Assembly (NCBI GenBank): GCA_951406725.2
Contig: OX597834.1
Location: 34,658,001-34,722,000 of the forward strand
Direction of reading: 5' to 3'
Length of the DNA stretch: 64,000 bases
From: Octopus vulgaris
Lineage: Eukaryota
Numbering within the stretch: the first letter of the stretch is position 1; the number at the start of each line of letters is the position of its first letter. A program made the translations under genes and the position numbers. Positions 63,060 to 64,000 of this stretch are shown piece after piece. The notes beneath the pieces were generated by a model. The model was given only the letters and a program-made list of their open reading frames with translations, ran no database searches and was not told where the DNA came from.

Positions 63060-63900
63060 TGAAATTGGTACTTGAACTTAGATTACTCCAAGCTAAAAAG
63101 GCTACTGGCCCTGACAATCTCCCGTCTATTGCCCTCAAACAATGTGGTCCACAGCTGGCCTCTAGCCTCACCCAACTCTTCAACATAATTCTAGAAAGGA
63201 ATAATGGAGATATTACCCAATATCTCAATATTTGGAAACAGTCTACATGTGTCTCATCTCGAATAATAACCCTTCTGATCATGTTAACTATTGTCCTGTC
63301 ACATTCACTTCCAGTATAGTATTTCAAATGTGATGGAGACAGCCACTAAAAACACCTTGAATTTTTCTTACTCTTGAAAGACACAGCTTGTGTAAAGCCA
63401 GATCAATTGATAACCAGCTTTGCTATGTCACTCAGCTTGAGAAATTTATTAAAAACCATGATGTTAAATTCAACTTCAAATCACACTATTGAAGAATGAC
63501 TGACGGGAGTATTTCTAACCTAAACTCTATCAATTCTGGTGTGCCTTGAGATTCACTGTTCATGACTACACTCTTTCTCATAGCTATTACCTCTGTACCT
63601 ATGCAGATGATACCATCCTTCATTTCTCTTTAACTTTCTGCATGCAAGTGTTAGATATAGGCAGTCTCAAACATCTCACGCCAAATCTTCAGTAATTCCA
63701 TGAAAAGAAATTTAAAAGCACTTCCCAATGAAGTCATGCAAATCTTGTGGCCATCCACAGTGCAAAGACTTAATCACAACATATATCAAGAATATATATT
63801 ATTACACACCTTCATCCAAAACATGAATAGCATGCAACTAGAACTCTAGAAGTCTTCAATATTGATATAAATGCTAAGTCTCACCACTTCAAAGGACAAA
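63060..63900 (+). mobile_element. Degenerate Jockey/CR1-superfamily LINE reverse transcriptase
   Basis: LQAKKATGPDNLPSIALKQCGPQLASSLTQLFN, INSGVP and YADDT (about 63600) with stops and deletions. Confidence 0.8.
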
Positions 63901-64000
63901 ATGAGATAATCAGGCTTGGCTGTTTGAATACTGGTGATTTGGCACAGCTAACTGATTATTGAATGTGTTTTGGCAACTGTACTTTTTAGCACTAGAGGCA

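Overview
AT-rich eukaryotic genomic DNA, not prokaryotic. The tRNA-derived SINE families, (CA)n/(TA)n microsatellites and gene sequences suggest a cephalopod, probably Octopus (inferred, not database-checked). It holds two complete, convergent multi-exon genes whose exons I spliced by hand with consistent GT-AG phases. Deoxyhypusine synthase (DHPS) is on + (8 coding exons, 6683-19583, 364 aa, probable non-coding first exon ending at 4865). BAG6/Scythe is on - (22 coding exons, 49263-21320, about 1344 aa, possible non-coding first exon near 62101-62140). Introns and flanks are packed with SINEs, Tc1/mariner relics, piggyBac-type and hAT MITEs, LINE relics and a 1.1-kb minisatellite. Most ORFs in the supplied track are spurious. 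I found no demonstrable new biological system. The best leads are a uORF in the putative DHPS leader, two decayed hammerhead-ribozyme-like motifs, several intronic inverted repeats that could be ADAR substrates, an AG-free minisatellite intron, an EAKSWGK active-site variant in DHPS and a possibly overlapping bidirectional promoter at about 62 kb.
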